In this document: piece after piece, positions 1-9,010 of the stretch
Numbering within the stretch: the first letter of the stretch is position 1
Layout of the letters: each line of letters starts with the position of its first letter
Position numbers and translations under genes: made by a program
The notes under the pieces: model-generated
The model's database searches: none
What the model saw: only the letters and a program-made list of their open reading frames with translations
Told to the model about the DNA's origin: nothing
DNA from: a virus
Lineage: Duplodnaviria > Caudoviricetes
IMG/VR virus record: IMGVR_UViG_2209111019_000003
Span: 9,039 to 73,038 of that record
Reading direction: 5' to 3' (one strand)
DNA length: 64,000 nt

Positions 1-349
1 GATCCAGGCCACCGGCATCTCGGACGCAGGCAAGGCCATGAAGGTCCAGACCGGGACCGGCCGCAACAGCGCAGCGGTCCAGGCACTGGCTACTGAGGCG
101 AAGGCTGCGCTCGGCGGGTACTTCCGCGAATACACGATGGCTCCCCGCGTGACCACTGGCTGGACCGACTGCGACCACGGGGCGTGGCGTCCTGGGCGCG
201 TGCTGGACCCGTTCTCCGGGACCGGCACCACCGGCGTTGCGGCCACCGAGCACGGCGCCGACTACATCGGCATCGACCTCGACCCCGCCTGTCACGCCCA
301 CGCCCGGAGCAGACGCCCCGCGCAACTCGATCTCACCCCCGCCGCCTGA
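1..349 (+). CDS. DNA methyltransferase (N4/N6 type), C-terminal part, truncated by window edge
   Basis: SAM-binding motif [17 protein letters not shown] followed by YIGIDL. Confidence 0.85.
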   Translation, partial: IQATGISDAGKAMKVQTGTGRNSAAVQALATEAKAALGGYFREYTMAPRVTTGWTDCDHGAWRPGRVLDPFSGTGTTGVAATEHGADYIGIDLDPACHAHARSRRPAQLDLTPAA

Positions 350-414
350 CCCCCACCCCACCCGCGTGCCCGTGTTCCCGGTTGCCCGGGGACACGGGCC
401 AGAAAGGACCCGCC

Positions 415-897
415 ATGAGCACGCCCGAGACCGTCACCGACCTGCGGCGCGAACTGGAGAAGGCCCGCGACGCTCTGACCGCCGCCGAACTGCACCTAGC
501 CCGGCACGCCGAGATGAACGCAGCCCTGCACGTATCCGACCGCGTCATGCACTCGCCACTCCACGCCAAGGTCCAAGCGGCCATCGTCGGCATCGACCAC
601 GCGCTCGCCCGGACTGACCAGCCGAACGTCCCGACACTCGACAGCCGGTCGCCGGACGGCCCGTGGGCCGCGCTCGTCGCCGACCTCGACCGGTGCCAGC
701 ACGGCCGCCACCAAGGCGACGACTGCGCCGACTGCGGCGGCCGGTCCATCGGCAATGCGCGCTTCGAACCCGGCCAGCCCATCGGCTACGACAGGCACGG
801 CCGCGACATCGTCGTACCCAACCGCGCCGACAAGCACGACCCCGCCGCGTGGCGCACCCGGACCGCCCCGGCCGTCGGGGAGCAGCCCCATGCCTGA
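415..897 (+). CDS. hypothetical phage protein
   Basis: AAGGA RBS, ATG at 415, N-terminal coiled coil, Cys/His cluster; overlaps next gene. Confidence 0.7.
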   Translation: MSTPETVTDLRRELEKARDALTAAELHLARHAEMNAALHVSDRVMHSPLHAKVQAAIVGIDHALARTDQPNVPTLDSRSPDGPWAALVADLDRCQHGRHQGDDCADCGGRSIGNARFEPGQPIGYDRHGRDIVVPNRADKHDPAAWRTRTAPAVGEQPHA

Positions 898-1033
898 CAC
901 GTGGGCGGAGGCAGCGGCCCGGATCGCAGCCCGGTGGGCCCACGGTCACGACCAGCTCACCGACGGCTGCGCCCTCTGCCAAGCCGAATACGACGAAGCC
1001 CGCACCTGGACGACCGGAGCCCCCGATGCCTGA
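890..1033 (+). CDS. small hypothetical protein with CxxC
   Basis: MPDTWAEAAARIAARW; overlaps upstream gene end. Confidence 0.5.
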   Translation: MPDTWAEAAARIAARWAHGHDQLTDGCALCQAEYDEARTWTTGAPDA

Positions 1034-1093
1034 CGACACCACGACCACCGAGGCAGTGAGTAATGCCAGCTATCCCAGAGAGGGAGACCACCA

Positions 1094-1255
1094 GTGATCT
1101 GCACCCCCTGCGCCACCGCAGCCGACCACCAGCTCAACCGCGACGCCCACTGCCACAACGCAGGCTGCACCTGCGGCCACCGCACCGAACGCTACGGAAC
1201 CGTCACCGAACAGAACACGGCCACAACGCCCCCGAACGGCAGACGCGATGGCTAG
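1094..1255 (+). CDS. small Cys/His-rich hypothetical protein
   Basis: GGGAG RBS, GTG start, MICTPCATAADH...CHNAGCTCGH; not in ORF track. Confidence 0.55.
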   Translation: MICTPCATAADHQLNRDAHCHNAGCTCGHRTERYGTVTEQNTATTPPNGRRDG

Positions 1256-1481
1256 CCCCGGCGACCAGCGGCCCGCGATCTGGCTGCCCGTCCGCGAACA
1301 ACTCGCCTACAGCCGGATCGTGCAGCACGAGACCAACGCGCCCGGCCGGCGACTCCTCGACATCTGGGCCCGGCCCGAAGACCTCGGGCCGAACGCGGAG
1401 CGGATGCTGACGGAAACGTTCAAACTGATGTGGCGCACGCCCGCCGACCCGCACCCCGAAGGAGACAACCCGTGTCCGTGA
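1248..1481 (+). CDS. hypothetical protein
   Basis: overlap-coupled ORF in operon. Confidence 0.55.
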   Translation: MASPGDQRPAIWLPVREQLAYSRIVQHETNAPGRRLLDIWARPEDLGPNAERMLTETFKLMWRTPADPHPEGDNPCP

Positions 1482-1780
1482 AGACCGTCGAACACAAGGC
1501 CGCCAAGGGCAGCACGCTCACCCTCGACGAGCTGGCAGCATTCGTGGACGACGCCCGCCGCTCCGGTGCGACCGGCGGCGAGATCGTCTCCGTCACTGCT
1601 TCCTGGGGCGGGAAGATCCAGAAGCTCGCGGTCGAAGTGCAGGCGGGCGCAGAACCAGTGGCCCCTGAAGGGCGGATCGAGACGACGAAGGACGGAACCT
1701 TGGAAGTCGTTCCGTGGACGAAGCAGCAAGTCGAAGAGTGGAACCGCACCGGCCGGACCCCGCGCCCCGACAAGGCGTGA
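1472..1780 (+). CDS. hypothetical protein
   Basis: AAGGAG RBS, GTG start, good codon bias. Confidence 0.65.
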   Translation: MSVKTVEHKAAKGSTLTLDELAAFVDDARRSGATGGEIVSVTASWGGKIQKLAVEVQAGAEPVAPEGRIETTKDGTLEVVPWTKQQVEEWNRTGRTPRPDKA

Positions 1781-1989
1781 CCGCCGACGACGCCCCGCTG
1801 CCCGGCCTCGATGACGAGGGGCTGGCGGCGGGGCGCAGTCTTGTCCGCTGCGGAATGTGCGGGCATCCGCTCACCGGCCGAGAGGCGAGGCTCAGGGGAC
1901 TCGGGGACGACTGCGCCGCGAAGCTCGGGTGGCGAGGCGTCCGCGGGCCCGGCAGGTTCGAGATGGAGCAGGACGGGCTGTTCGGCTAG
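1777..1989 (+). CDS. DUF6011-like small zinc-binding protein
   Basis: CGMCGHPLT...RGLGDDCAAK pattern; GTGA overlap with upstream stop. Confidence 0.65.
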   Translation: MTADDAPLPGLDDEGLAAGRSLVRCGMCGHPLTGREARLRGLGDDCAAKLGWRGVRGPGRFEMEQDGLFG

Positions 1990-1990
1990 A

Positions 1991-3019
1991 TCACAGTCCG
2001 ATGTCCTCCGATGCGGCGTCGGTCCACTTGTCGGCTTCGCGGATGTAGCCCCAGAAGGCGGGGCTGTTCTCGGCGTGCCCGGACTGCTCGCGGATCTTCT
2101 CCTCGCGCTTCCCGGCCCGGCGGGAGGTGGTGATGAACCCGGCTCGCATGCTGTGTCCGGTCAGTCGGACTGCGACGCCTGCGCGTTCGGCGTTGCGGGC
2201 GATGATCTCGCGGACGGCTTCGGCGGTCAGGTGGCGTTCGGGGATGTTGCCCCACTTGTCGATCGCGCGGAAGGCCGGTCCGGTAGTGATGCCGGCTGCT
2301 GCCTTCCAGGTGGACCATGCTCGGACGGGGCAGGTGTCGGGGTTCTTGCCGTACATGACGACGACTTCGCGGGCGGGCCGTCCCTTGACGCCGGGGACGC
2401 GGACTTTGAGGCCTTCGCTGTGGAGGGTGATGCCGTCGGTGCGGAGGGCGGCGACTTCGGCGGAGCGGCCTGCGATGAAGAAGGCCATGAGCCAGAGGGC
2501 GCGGTCTCGGAGGCCGGTGAGTCCGTCGGGGATGGCGGCGGCCATCTGCTTGAGTTGTTCGGGGGTGGCTGCTTTGGCTTGGCCTCGGCCGCGGGCGATT
2601 CGGTCCTCGTCGGCCTTGAGCGGCTTGAGGGCTTGGCGGGCGGCGACGGTGGCTTCCTTGGGGACTTCGATGCCGTGTTCGCGGCGGGCCGTGACGGTGA
2701 CGCCGGTGATCCTGCGGTCGATGCTGTTGGGTGCGGCTAGCTTGATGGTGTCGAGCCAGACGACGAACCCGACGAGAGTGCCCTTGGTGACGGCGGTGGA
2801 CGGCATGCGGTGGCCGGTGCGGTCGGCGAGCCAGTCGTGGAACTGCTCCCACAACGCCCAGTCGTTGGCGTAACCGCGCTTCGTGTTGTGGGGACGGATC
2901 GCGTCGAGGTGCTCGTCTGCAGCCTTCTCCATGGCGGCGAGGACGGCGAGCGTCGCAGCGTCGTAGACGGCGGGAGTAGCCTCCGGCTGATGCGGGACGA
3001 GAGCGGCGGAGTCGGTCAC
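1991..3019 (-). CDS. Cre-like tyrosine recombinase/resolvase
   Basis: N-terminal NTKRGYANDW helix; catalytic residues GRSAEV, VKG, GHSMRAG, SGH, GY. Confidence 0.9.
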   Translation of the reverse strand: MTDSAALVPHQPEATPAVYDAATLAVLAAMEKAADEHLDAIRPHNTKRGYANDWALWEQFHDWLADRTGHRMPSTAVTKGTLVGFVVWLDTIKLAAPNSIDRRITGVTVTARREHGIEVPKEATVAARQALKPLKADEDRIARGRGQAKAATPEQLKQMAAAIPDGLTGLRDRALWLMAFFIAGRSAEVAALRTDGITLHSEGLKVRVPGVKGRPAREVVVMYGKNPDTCPVRAWSTWKAAAGITTGPAFRAIDKWGNIPERHLTAEAVREIIARNAERAGVAVRLTGHSMRAGFITTSRRAGKREEKIREQSGHAENSPAFWGYIREADKWTDAASEDIGL

Positions 3020-3255
3020 GACGCCTCGATCCGGAATCGATGGCCGCACGGCTCGATGTTGACGAGCACATCGCCGTTGAGGTTCCTGCTGTCGGCGATC
3101 TCGGTGGCCGCGGCGCTGCACTCGGGGCATGCGGGAAGCGGCGGGTAGTCCGGCTGTTGGAGCAGTCCGGCCAGAATGGTCGCCTGTCGCTCCTGAAGTT
3201 GAAATTCAAGGAGCGCGCCCCACTCGCGGCTGATGTTGATGCGGTCGTTTGCCAT
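3016..3255 (-). CDS. small zinc-finger hypothetical protein coupled to recombinase
   Basis: CPEC...PCGH; stop overlaps recombinase GTG. Confidence 0.6.
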   Translation of the reverse strand: MANDRINISREWGALLEFQLQERQATILAGLLQQPDYPPLPACPECSAAATEIADSRNLNGDVLVNIEPCGHRFRIEAS

Positions 3256-3273
3256 GCCTGATTGTACCGGTTT

Positions 3274-3307
3274 TTCGCCCGTGATATGGCATGTTATCGC
3301 GAGTGGC
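3274..3307. other. candidate lox-like recombination site
   Basis: CGTGATA-TGGCATGT-TATCGCG imperfect inverted repeat around an 8-bp asymmetric spacer, just upstream of the Cre-like operon. Confidence 0.4.
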
Positions 3308-3429
3308 ATCGTCCATGTGGGGGAGTCGACGGCACCCCTTTCGTGTCACAGCTCCGTCACTGCCGCCGCCCCCCGAGCCGTCGACTGTCACGCTCATCCC
3401 CGCCACAACCACCCAGAGGGGGACTGATC

Positions 3430-4059
3430 GTGCACACCCGCACAACACTCGCCGCCAGCCTGCTCGCCGCCGGCGCTCTCACGCTCACCGCATGCTCCAG
3501 CACCAGCAGCGGCACTGACGCCGCAACCCAGCCGGCCAGCACCAAGAAACCCACGGCGACCAAGTCGGTCGACTGCTCGGACCCGAACCTCAGCCAGGCC
3601 CAATGGACCGCGCACTGCGACACCAGCGCCAAACCCAGGAGCCTGCACCTGCAGTTCGGGCAGACATACACCTGGCCTGACGGGGTGAAGGCCACCGTCA
3701 CCGAGGCGAAGGTCTTCACGGCCTACGACAAGAGCATCGACGAGAAGCCCACCCCGGGCGCCGTCGACTACCAGGTCATGGTGAAGGTGACGAACGGCAG
3801 CCACGTCCCCCTCGACCTCGGCAACCTGTCCGTCATCACCGAAGGCGCCACGAACGGCGGCGAAGCGTCCATCACCGGCTGGACCAACGCCGCACCCGGC
3901 TTCGAAGGCCGTCTCGCCCCCGGTGTGACCGTGACGAAGGCTGACCAGGAGACCCTGCAGAACAAGTTCGGCCGGAAGATCGTCGTCACCGTGCAGCGCA
4001 CAAGCGCCGACAGCACCGTCATGGACTTCCCCGAGTTCACAGGCTCGATCACCAGCTGA
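3430..4059 (+). CDS. lipoprotein with Ig-like (DUF4352-like) domain
   Basis: signal peptide with lipobox LTAC, S/T-rich linker, beta-rich C-terminal domain. Confidence 0.8.
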   Translation: MHTRTTLAASLLAAGALTLTACSSTSSGTDAATQPASTKKPTATKSVDCSDPNLSQAQWTAHCDTSAKPRSLHLQFGQTYTWPDGVKATVTEAKVFTAYDKSIDEKPTPGAVDYQVMVKVTNGSHVPLDLGNLSVITEGATNGGEASITGWTNAAPGFEGRLAPGVTVTKADQETLQNKFGRKIVVTVQRTSADSTVMDFPEFTGSITS

Positions 4060-4072
4060 GGCCAGACGTGCC

Positions 4073-4108
4073 GCGGCCCCCGGGGACCCTCCAGGCCCCG
4101 GGGGCCGC
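4073..4108. terminator. bidirectional terminator hairpin
   Basis: perfect 13-bp stem GCGGCCCCCGGGG/CCCCGGGGGCCGC between convergent genes. Confidence 0.75.
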
Positions 4109-4129
4109 TCACCCAGCCCCGCCGGGTGG

Positions 4130-4321
4130 TCAGTGGCCGCCCCGCCGCCTACGGGTCCTCGCCGCCTTGCGGGCCATCACGGACCGCTGCACGCGCGTCC
4201 GGCCCGCGTTGCTGATGCGAGCCGCCTTCGACTTGGACGCTCCCTGCCGGCGCAGCGCCTTGTACACGCGCTGACGATTGAGGTAGACGAAGCCCCAGCG
4301 TCCGCCACGGTCAGAGACCAT
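4130..4321 (-). CDS. small basic protein
   Basis: GGAG RBS; YKALRRQGASKSKAARISNA, very Arg/Lys-rich. Confidence 0.65.
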   Translation of the reverse strand: MVSDRGGRWGFVYLNRQRVYKALRRQGASKSKAARISNAGRTRVQRSVMARKAARTRRRRGGH

Positions 4322-4401
4322 CACATGTCTCCGCGATTCCTCGTCATCGTTCCCATCTCCGCCCATCAGGTATCAGAATCGAAGACGTAAGGCCAAAATG
4401 G

Positions 4402-4416
4402 CCTACGATTCAAAGG
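4402..4416. promoter_or_regulatory. 15-bp palindromic late-gene operator, copy 1
   Basis: CCTACGATTCAAAGG; related copies at 7372, 7435, 33437, 33469. Confidence 0.6.
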
Positions 4417-4444
4417 TACCCGCACGGTAGGCCGGAGGCACCCG

Positions 4445-5047
4445 ATGAGCGACACCACCGAGTGGGAGCACGACGACATCCCGCCGCCGCCCCCCAGGCT
4501 GGAACAGCCCCGCAACGCCGGCAACCACATGTTCATGTCGCCCCGCAATCAGCGCGAACGCGACGTATGGGCAGCCGAACGGTGGACCAAGAACGGCTGG
4601 ACGTTCGAGCAGATCGCAGAGGCCCTAGAAGTCGCCGGCAGGAGCCGCGCATACCTCTACGTGAAGCGCGGCCTCGCCATCACCGGCGCCCCCGTGGAAG
4701 CAGCCGCCGCCGAAGCCCGCGCTATCCACCGCGCCCGCTTGGAGATGGCCACCGAAGCGGCCCTGCAAGTCCTGGAGAACCCACACGTCACTGTCTCCAA
4801 CGGGCAGATCATCCGCGTCGATGGGAAGCCGCTGCCTGACGACGGGCCGGTCCTCGCCGCGATTGACCGCATCGTGAAGATCTCCGAGAGCCTGCGAAAG
4901 CTCGACGGAATCGACGCGGCCACGAAGGTCGACGCCAACATCACGGTCAACCCGCAGGACATCGAACTAGCCCAGATCATCCGGCAGACCGAGGAGGCGA
5001 ACGAGGCCCAAGTCGCCCTGATCAAGGGCGAAAACGCCGATGACTAG
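4445..5047 (+). CDS. terminase small subunit
   Basis: HTH-like WTFEQIAEALEV; C-terminal AIDRIVKISESLRKLDGID; lies before TerL. Confidence 0.8.
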   Translation: MSDTTEWEHDDIPPPPPRLEQPRNAGNHMFMSPRNQRERDVWAAERWTKNGWTFEQIAEALEVAGRSRAYLYVKRGLAITGAPVEAAAAEARAIHRARLEMATEAALQVLENPHVTVSNGQIIRVDGKPLPDDGPVLAAIDRIVKISESLRKLDGIDAATKVDANITVNPQDIELAQIIRQTEEANEAQVALIKGENADD

Positions 5048-5090
5048 CCCTCTGATCTGCGACAATAGAAGGACAGTTGAACACGGAGGA

Positions 5091-5120
5091 CCCCGGCGAG
5101 TGCTACCAACACTCCCGGGG
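5091..5120 (+). promoter_or_regulatory. hairpin upstream of endonuclease RBS
   Basis: CCCCGG(C)GAGTG-CTACCAA-CACTCCCGGGG. Confidence 0.5.
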
Positions 5121-5147
5121 CATGGCCGATCTACAAAGGAGATCGAC

Positions 5148-5816
5148 ATGGTCGAGGCTACATGCGTCGTGCGCGATTGCGTGAGGGGCGTCTACGTCAA
5201 GAAGTACGGGTGGTGCAACGCGCACTACCAGCGGTGGCGAAAGTACGGGGACCCAGAAGGCCGAGCCGTCGTCACTGGAGGACTGCCCTGCACGTTCACG
5301 GACTGCCCTCACCCCAGACGGTACGACCGCCTTTGCATGGGCCACTACAACCAGCAGCGCCAGGGCCGGCCGCTCGCCCCGCTGCGGAGGACCACGGACC
5401 CGACGGCGAGGGATGCCCACGGACGTAAGCAGTGCCGTCGCTGCGAAGCATGGCTGGCGACCGAGTCCTTCTGCACCAACAAGGCGAGGCCGGATGGGCT
5501 CGCTGCGTACTGCCGGCGCTGCGAGCGGGACAAGGCTCTGATCCACAACTACGGCATCACGTTGGCGCAGTGGGAAGTGATGTTCGAGGCGCAGGGCGGG
5601 GGTTGCGCCATATGCGGGCGACTCAGCAAGGGCGGCAAGCCCTTGTTCGTTGATCACGATCACGCGTGCTGTGCTGGTCAGAGAACCTGTGGGCGCTGCG
5701 TGAGGGCCCTGCTGTGCGGCGACTGCAACCTCGGCATCGGCTACTTCACTGACAGCATTGACCGACTGGAAGAGGCCGTCGCATACCTCGCCCGGCATGC
5801 TCGGAGGCGCAGTTGA
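5148..5816 (+). CDS. endonuclease VII-family (His-Me finger) homing endonuclease
   Basis: YGIT...QGGGCAICG...VDHDH...VRALLCGDCNLGIG plus N-terminal zinc fingers; AAGGAG RBS. Confidence 0.9.
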   Translation: MVEATCVVRDCVRGVYVKKYGWCNAHYQRWRKYGDPEGRAVVTGGLPCTFTDCPHPRRYDRLCMGHYNQQRQGRPLAPLRRTTDPTARDAHGRKQCRRCEAWLATESFCTNKARPDGLAAYCRRCERDKALIHNYGITLAQWEVMFEAQGGGCAICGRLSKGGKPLFVDHDHACCAGQRTCGRCVRALLCGDCNLGIGYFTDSIDRLEEAVAYLARHARRRS

Positions 5817-7369
5817 CCAGCTACCTCTGCGATCCCGACGGAGCTCCCTACGATGCCGGTACGTTCGACCTTGGCGACTATGCCGCCAGGATCGACCCGC
5901 GCCTCCTGGAGAGCTCTGCTGGCCGGCGGGCCCTGACGCGGCTTGATCCCCTGCTCTGGGCCGTGCTCTACGTACCGCACCTGCTGAAGGACCAGGAGGG
6001 CCGCATCACCTTCGGGGACGTCCACCTCGGCATCTACCGCGACGCCCTCAACCTGGTGCGCGACCCGGGCCCGAAGGAAGCACGCGACGCCTACGTCGCG
6101 CCCCGAGGCTCCGGCAAGAGCACCACTCTCTTCCTGATCGTCCCCCTGTGGGCTGCCTGCCACGGCTGGGTGCGCTTCGTGGCTGCCTTCAGCAGCTCCG
6201 CAACACAGGCGCAGGACCACCTCGCTGGACTGCGAAGGGAGATGCAGGTCAATAAGCTGCTCCGCGAGGACTATGCGGAGGTCGTAGAGCCCGCGCGCAA
6301 GGCCAACGGCACCCCCGTTGCGGACAGTCAGTCGATGCTCCACACCCGCTCAGGGTTTTCCTTCGCTGCTCGCGGCATCGACACGGAAGTCCTCGGCCTG
6401 GTCGACCCCGAGAACCGACGCCCCGACATGCTGCTTCTCGACGACATCGAGGGCGAGGAAGGGGCCGGCTACTCCGTCTATCAGGCGAAGAAGCGCCGTA
6501 CCACGCTGATCGACGGCATCCTCCCGATGAACGACAGGGCCCACGTGAAACTCGTCGGCACCGTGAACCTGCCGGGAGGACTCCTCGACCAGTTGACCAA
6601 GAGCGTCACGTCTCCCGCCCCGCCCGAGCAGTGGATCGTCGATGAGCGGTTCCGCGTCACCTACTTCCCGCCGCTCGTCGACCTGCCAGACGGCACGCAG
6701 CGGTCCCTGTGGCCCGGCCGCTGGAGCACCGAGTACCTGCAGTCCATCGCTGCGACGCGGAGCTATCAGAAGAACTTCGCGAACAAGCCCGTCCCGGAGG
6801 ACGCCGAGTACTGGTCGCCGTCGGACTTCACCTACGAGGACTTCGCGTCCGTCCGGGAACTGCTGTCGGTGGACGGCGCAGTCACGACGAAGAAGGGCTC
6901 GGACTACACCGGCCTGTCGGTGATCGGCTGGGCTCCGCAGTCTCAAGAGGCCCCAGCGCGCTGCGTGGTCAGGCATGCCGAGCGCGTCAAGTTGCAAGGT
7001 GCCGCGCTCAGGGAGCGGGTGCTTGCGCTTCTCGACTCGTTCCCGAACATCGCAGCCGTGCTGGTGGAGACGAACCAGGGCGGCGACATGTGGCGTGAGG
7101 TGCTGCGTGGTCTGCCCGTGAAGCTGATCACCGTGCACAACACGGAGCCGAAGACGGTCCGGGCAGGTCGGCTGCTGAACCTGTACCAGATGATCCCGAC
7201 CCGCGTTGTGCACGCCAAGCCGTTGCCAGCGTTGGAAGAAGAGATGACGGCGTTCCCGAACGTGCTGCACGACGACCTCACGGACAGCGTGGGGAACGGA
7301 GTGTTGCGGTTCCTGCGGCCGCAGAAGAGGCAGGCTCCGTCTTCGGCTTCAAGCGCCTCATACGTCTAG
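5813..7369 (+). CDS. terminase large subunit
   Basis: Walker A APRGSGKST, Walker B LLLDDIE, nuclease motifs SVDGA and HDDLTDS. Confidence 0.92.
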   Translation: MTSYLCDPDGAPYDAGTFDLGDYAARIDPRLLESSAGRRALTRLDPLLWAVLYVPHLLKDQEGRITFGDVHLGIYRDALNLVRDPGPKEARDAYVAPRGSGKSTTLFLIVPLWAACHGWVRFVAAFSSSATQAQDHLAGLRREMQVNKLLREDYAEVVEPARKANGTPVADSQSMLHTRSGFSFAARGIDTEVLGLVDPENRRPDMLLLDDIEGEEGAGYSVYQAKKRRTTLIDGILPMNDRAHVKLVGTVNLPGGLLDQLTKSVTSPAPPEQWIVDERFRVTYFPPLVDLPDGTQRSLWPGRWSTEYLQSIAATRSYQKNFANKPVPEDAEYWSPSDFTYEDFASVRELLSVDGAVTTKKGSDYTGLSVIGWAPQSQEAPARCVVRHAERVKLQGAALRERVLALLDSFPNIAAVLVETNQGGDMWREVLRGLPVKLITVHNTEPKTVRAGRLLNLYQMIPTRVVHAKPLPALEEEMTAFPNVLHDDLTDSVGNGVLRFLRPQKRQAPSSASSASYV

Positions 7370-7371
7370 GT

Positions 7372-7449
7372 CCTGTGATTCGCAGGCGCACGTCCTTTCG
7401 GACGCGCCTACCTGCATCCTGACATGCCCGCTATCCTTCGATTCAAAGG
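7372..7449. promoter_or_regulatory. two 15-bp palindromic late-gene operators upstream of portal
   Basis: CCTGTGATTCGCAGG (7372-7386) and CCTTCGATTCAAAGG (7435-7449). Confidence 0.6.
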
Positions 7450-7468
7450 GTCTAGTGGGAGGTTCGCC

Positions 7469-9010
7469 TTGGATGACGCGGCACGCGGCGACCTCATGTA
7501 CGGAATCCATGAGCTGAAGGAATCTCGCCACGACTACGACAAGGCCGGCGCCTACTACGAGGGCCGTGTCTCCGAGGTGTTCTCCAGCCTGCGGCTGCGC
7601 CGCGCCCTGGCCATCCACGATCTGGACTTCGGCCTGAACTTCGCGAAGACGCCTGTCAACGCTGTGGTTGACCGGCTGGAGATCGCCGCGATCACCGGCA
7701 ACGACGAGGCGACCGACGCCCTGATCTCCCAGCTGTGGCAGGACAACGCCCTCGACCTGGAGATGCCCGACCTGCACCGGCGGGCCTGCGAGTTCGGCGA
7801 CGCCTACCTGATCGTGCTGCCCGTCGAAGACGAGGCGGGCAACACGCTGCGGGTCGAGATGTACTACAACTCCCCGCAGACCGTGCGGATCATCTACTCC
7901 GAAGAGAACCCGCGCCTCAAAGAGTTCGCGATCAAGAAGTGGTCGGAGGCCGGCTGCAACCGCGCCGAGCTCTACTACGCGGACCGCATCGAACGCTGGA
8001 CCACCAACAAGGACCAGTCCGGCGACAAGCCCACCGAGTGGATGCACTGGCTCGCTGACCCCGAAGGCGACGACGCCTACGACTCCGAGTCGTGGCTGAT
8101 CCCCCACGACTACGGCGAGATCCCCGTGTTCCACTACCGCACCGACCGGCCGTATGGGGTGCCGGAGCACTTCGGCGCCTACGGCCCGCAGAACGCCATC
8201 ACCAAACTGCAGGCCACCCACATGGGCACCGTCGACTACCAGGGGTTCCCGCAGCGCTGGGGCCTCACCGACGCGGCGAACACCGACACGTCCGACCTTG
8301 ACCCGGGCGACTGGGACGATGCCGAGTTCCCCCCGGACGCCAACGCCCTCGGCGTGAAGGACATCGGCGACGACAGCTCCCTGAAGGCCGGGCCCGGCGA
8401 GATGTGGCTGCTCCGCGGCTACAAAGCTGTGGGCGAGTTCAATGCGGCGCAGCCGCAGGTGTTCTGGGACCCGATTGGCGCGAACATTCGGGCGATGGCG
8501 CAGATCACGACGACGCCGACCCGCATGTTCGAGCACCAGACGATGATCCCCAGGTCGGGCGAGTCGTACAAAGCGGAGGACGATCCGTTCACCCGCAAGG
8601 TCCGCAACCGGCAGGTGTCGTTCGGTGCGACGCACCGGGAAGCGTTCGTGTTCGCCCTGCGCCGGCTCGGCGTGGAAGACCCCGTGGTCACGGTGCGGTG
8701 GACGCCGGCCGCGACGGTGGACGATCAGAGCGGCTGGCTGACCATCACCGAGAAGATCAAGAACGGTGTGCCGCGGCGCCAAGCCCTCATCGAGGCCGGG
8801 TACCGGGCCGAGCAGGTCGACCTGTGGTTCTCCGGCACCGACGATGCCGAACTGGAACGGCGCGTGGAAATCCTCGCGAAGCTGGCTGCGGCTGCTCAGC
8901 AGCTAGGCACCGCTGCGACCCTCGGCGTGATCGACCAGGCGCAGGCATCCACGCTCCTCGCCGAGGTTCTAGCCGGGATCGACGCGCCCGAGCCTGCGGA
9001 TGGCAGTTGA
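7469..9010 (+). CDS. portal protein (SPP1 gp6-like)
   Basis: YYEG, NFAKTPVNAVVDRL, FGDAY, FPQRW motifs; GGGAGG RBS before TTG. Confidence 0.9.
   Translation: MDDAARGDLMYGIHELKESRHDYDKAGAYYEGRVSEVFSSLRLRRALAIHDLDFGLNFAKTPVNAVVDRLEIAAITGNDEATDALISQLWQDNALDLEMPDLHRRACEFGDAYLIVLPVEDEAGNTLRVEMYYNSPQTVRIIYSEENPRLKEFAIKKWSEAGCNRAELYYADRIERWTTNKDQSGDKPTEWMHWLADPEGDDAYDSESWLIPHDYGEIPVFHYRTDRPYGVPEHFGAYGPQNAITKLQATHMGTVDYQGFPQRWGLTDAANTDTSDLDPGDWDDAEFPPDANALGVKDIGDDSSLKAGPGEMWLLRGYKAVGEFNAAQPQVFWDPIGANIRAMAQITTTPTRMFEHQTMIPRSGESYKAEDDPFTRKVRNRQVSFGATHREAFVFALRRLGVEDPVVTVRWTPAATVDDQSGWLTITEKIKNGVPRRQALIEAGYRAEQVDLWFSGTDDAELERRVEILAKLAAAAQQLGTAATLGVIDQAQASTLLAEVLAGIDAPEPADGS

Noticed and set aside
5040-5816. 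Group I intron in terminase
   Set aside because: Flanks are too short for a ribozyme core, and terL has its own start.
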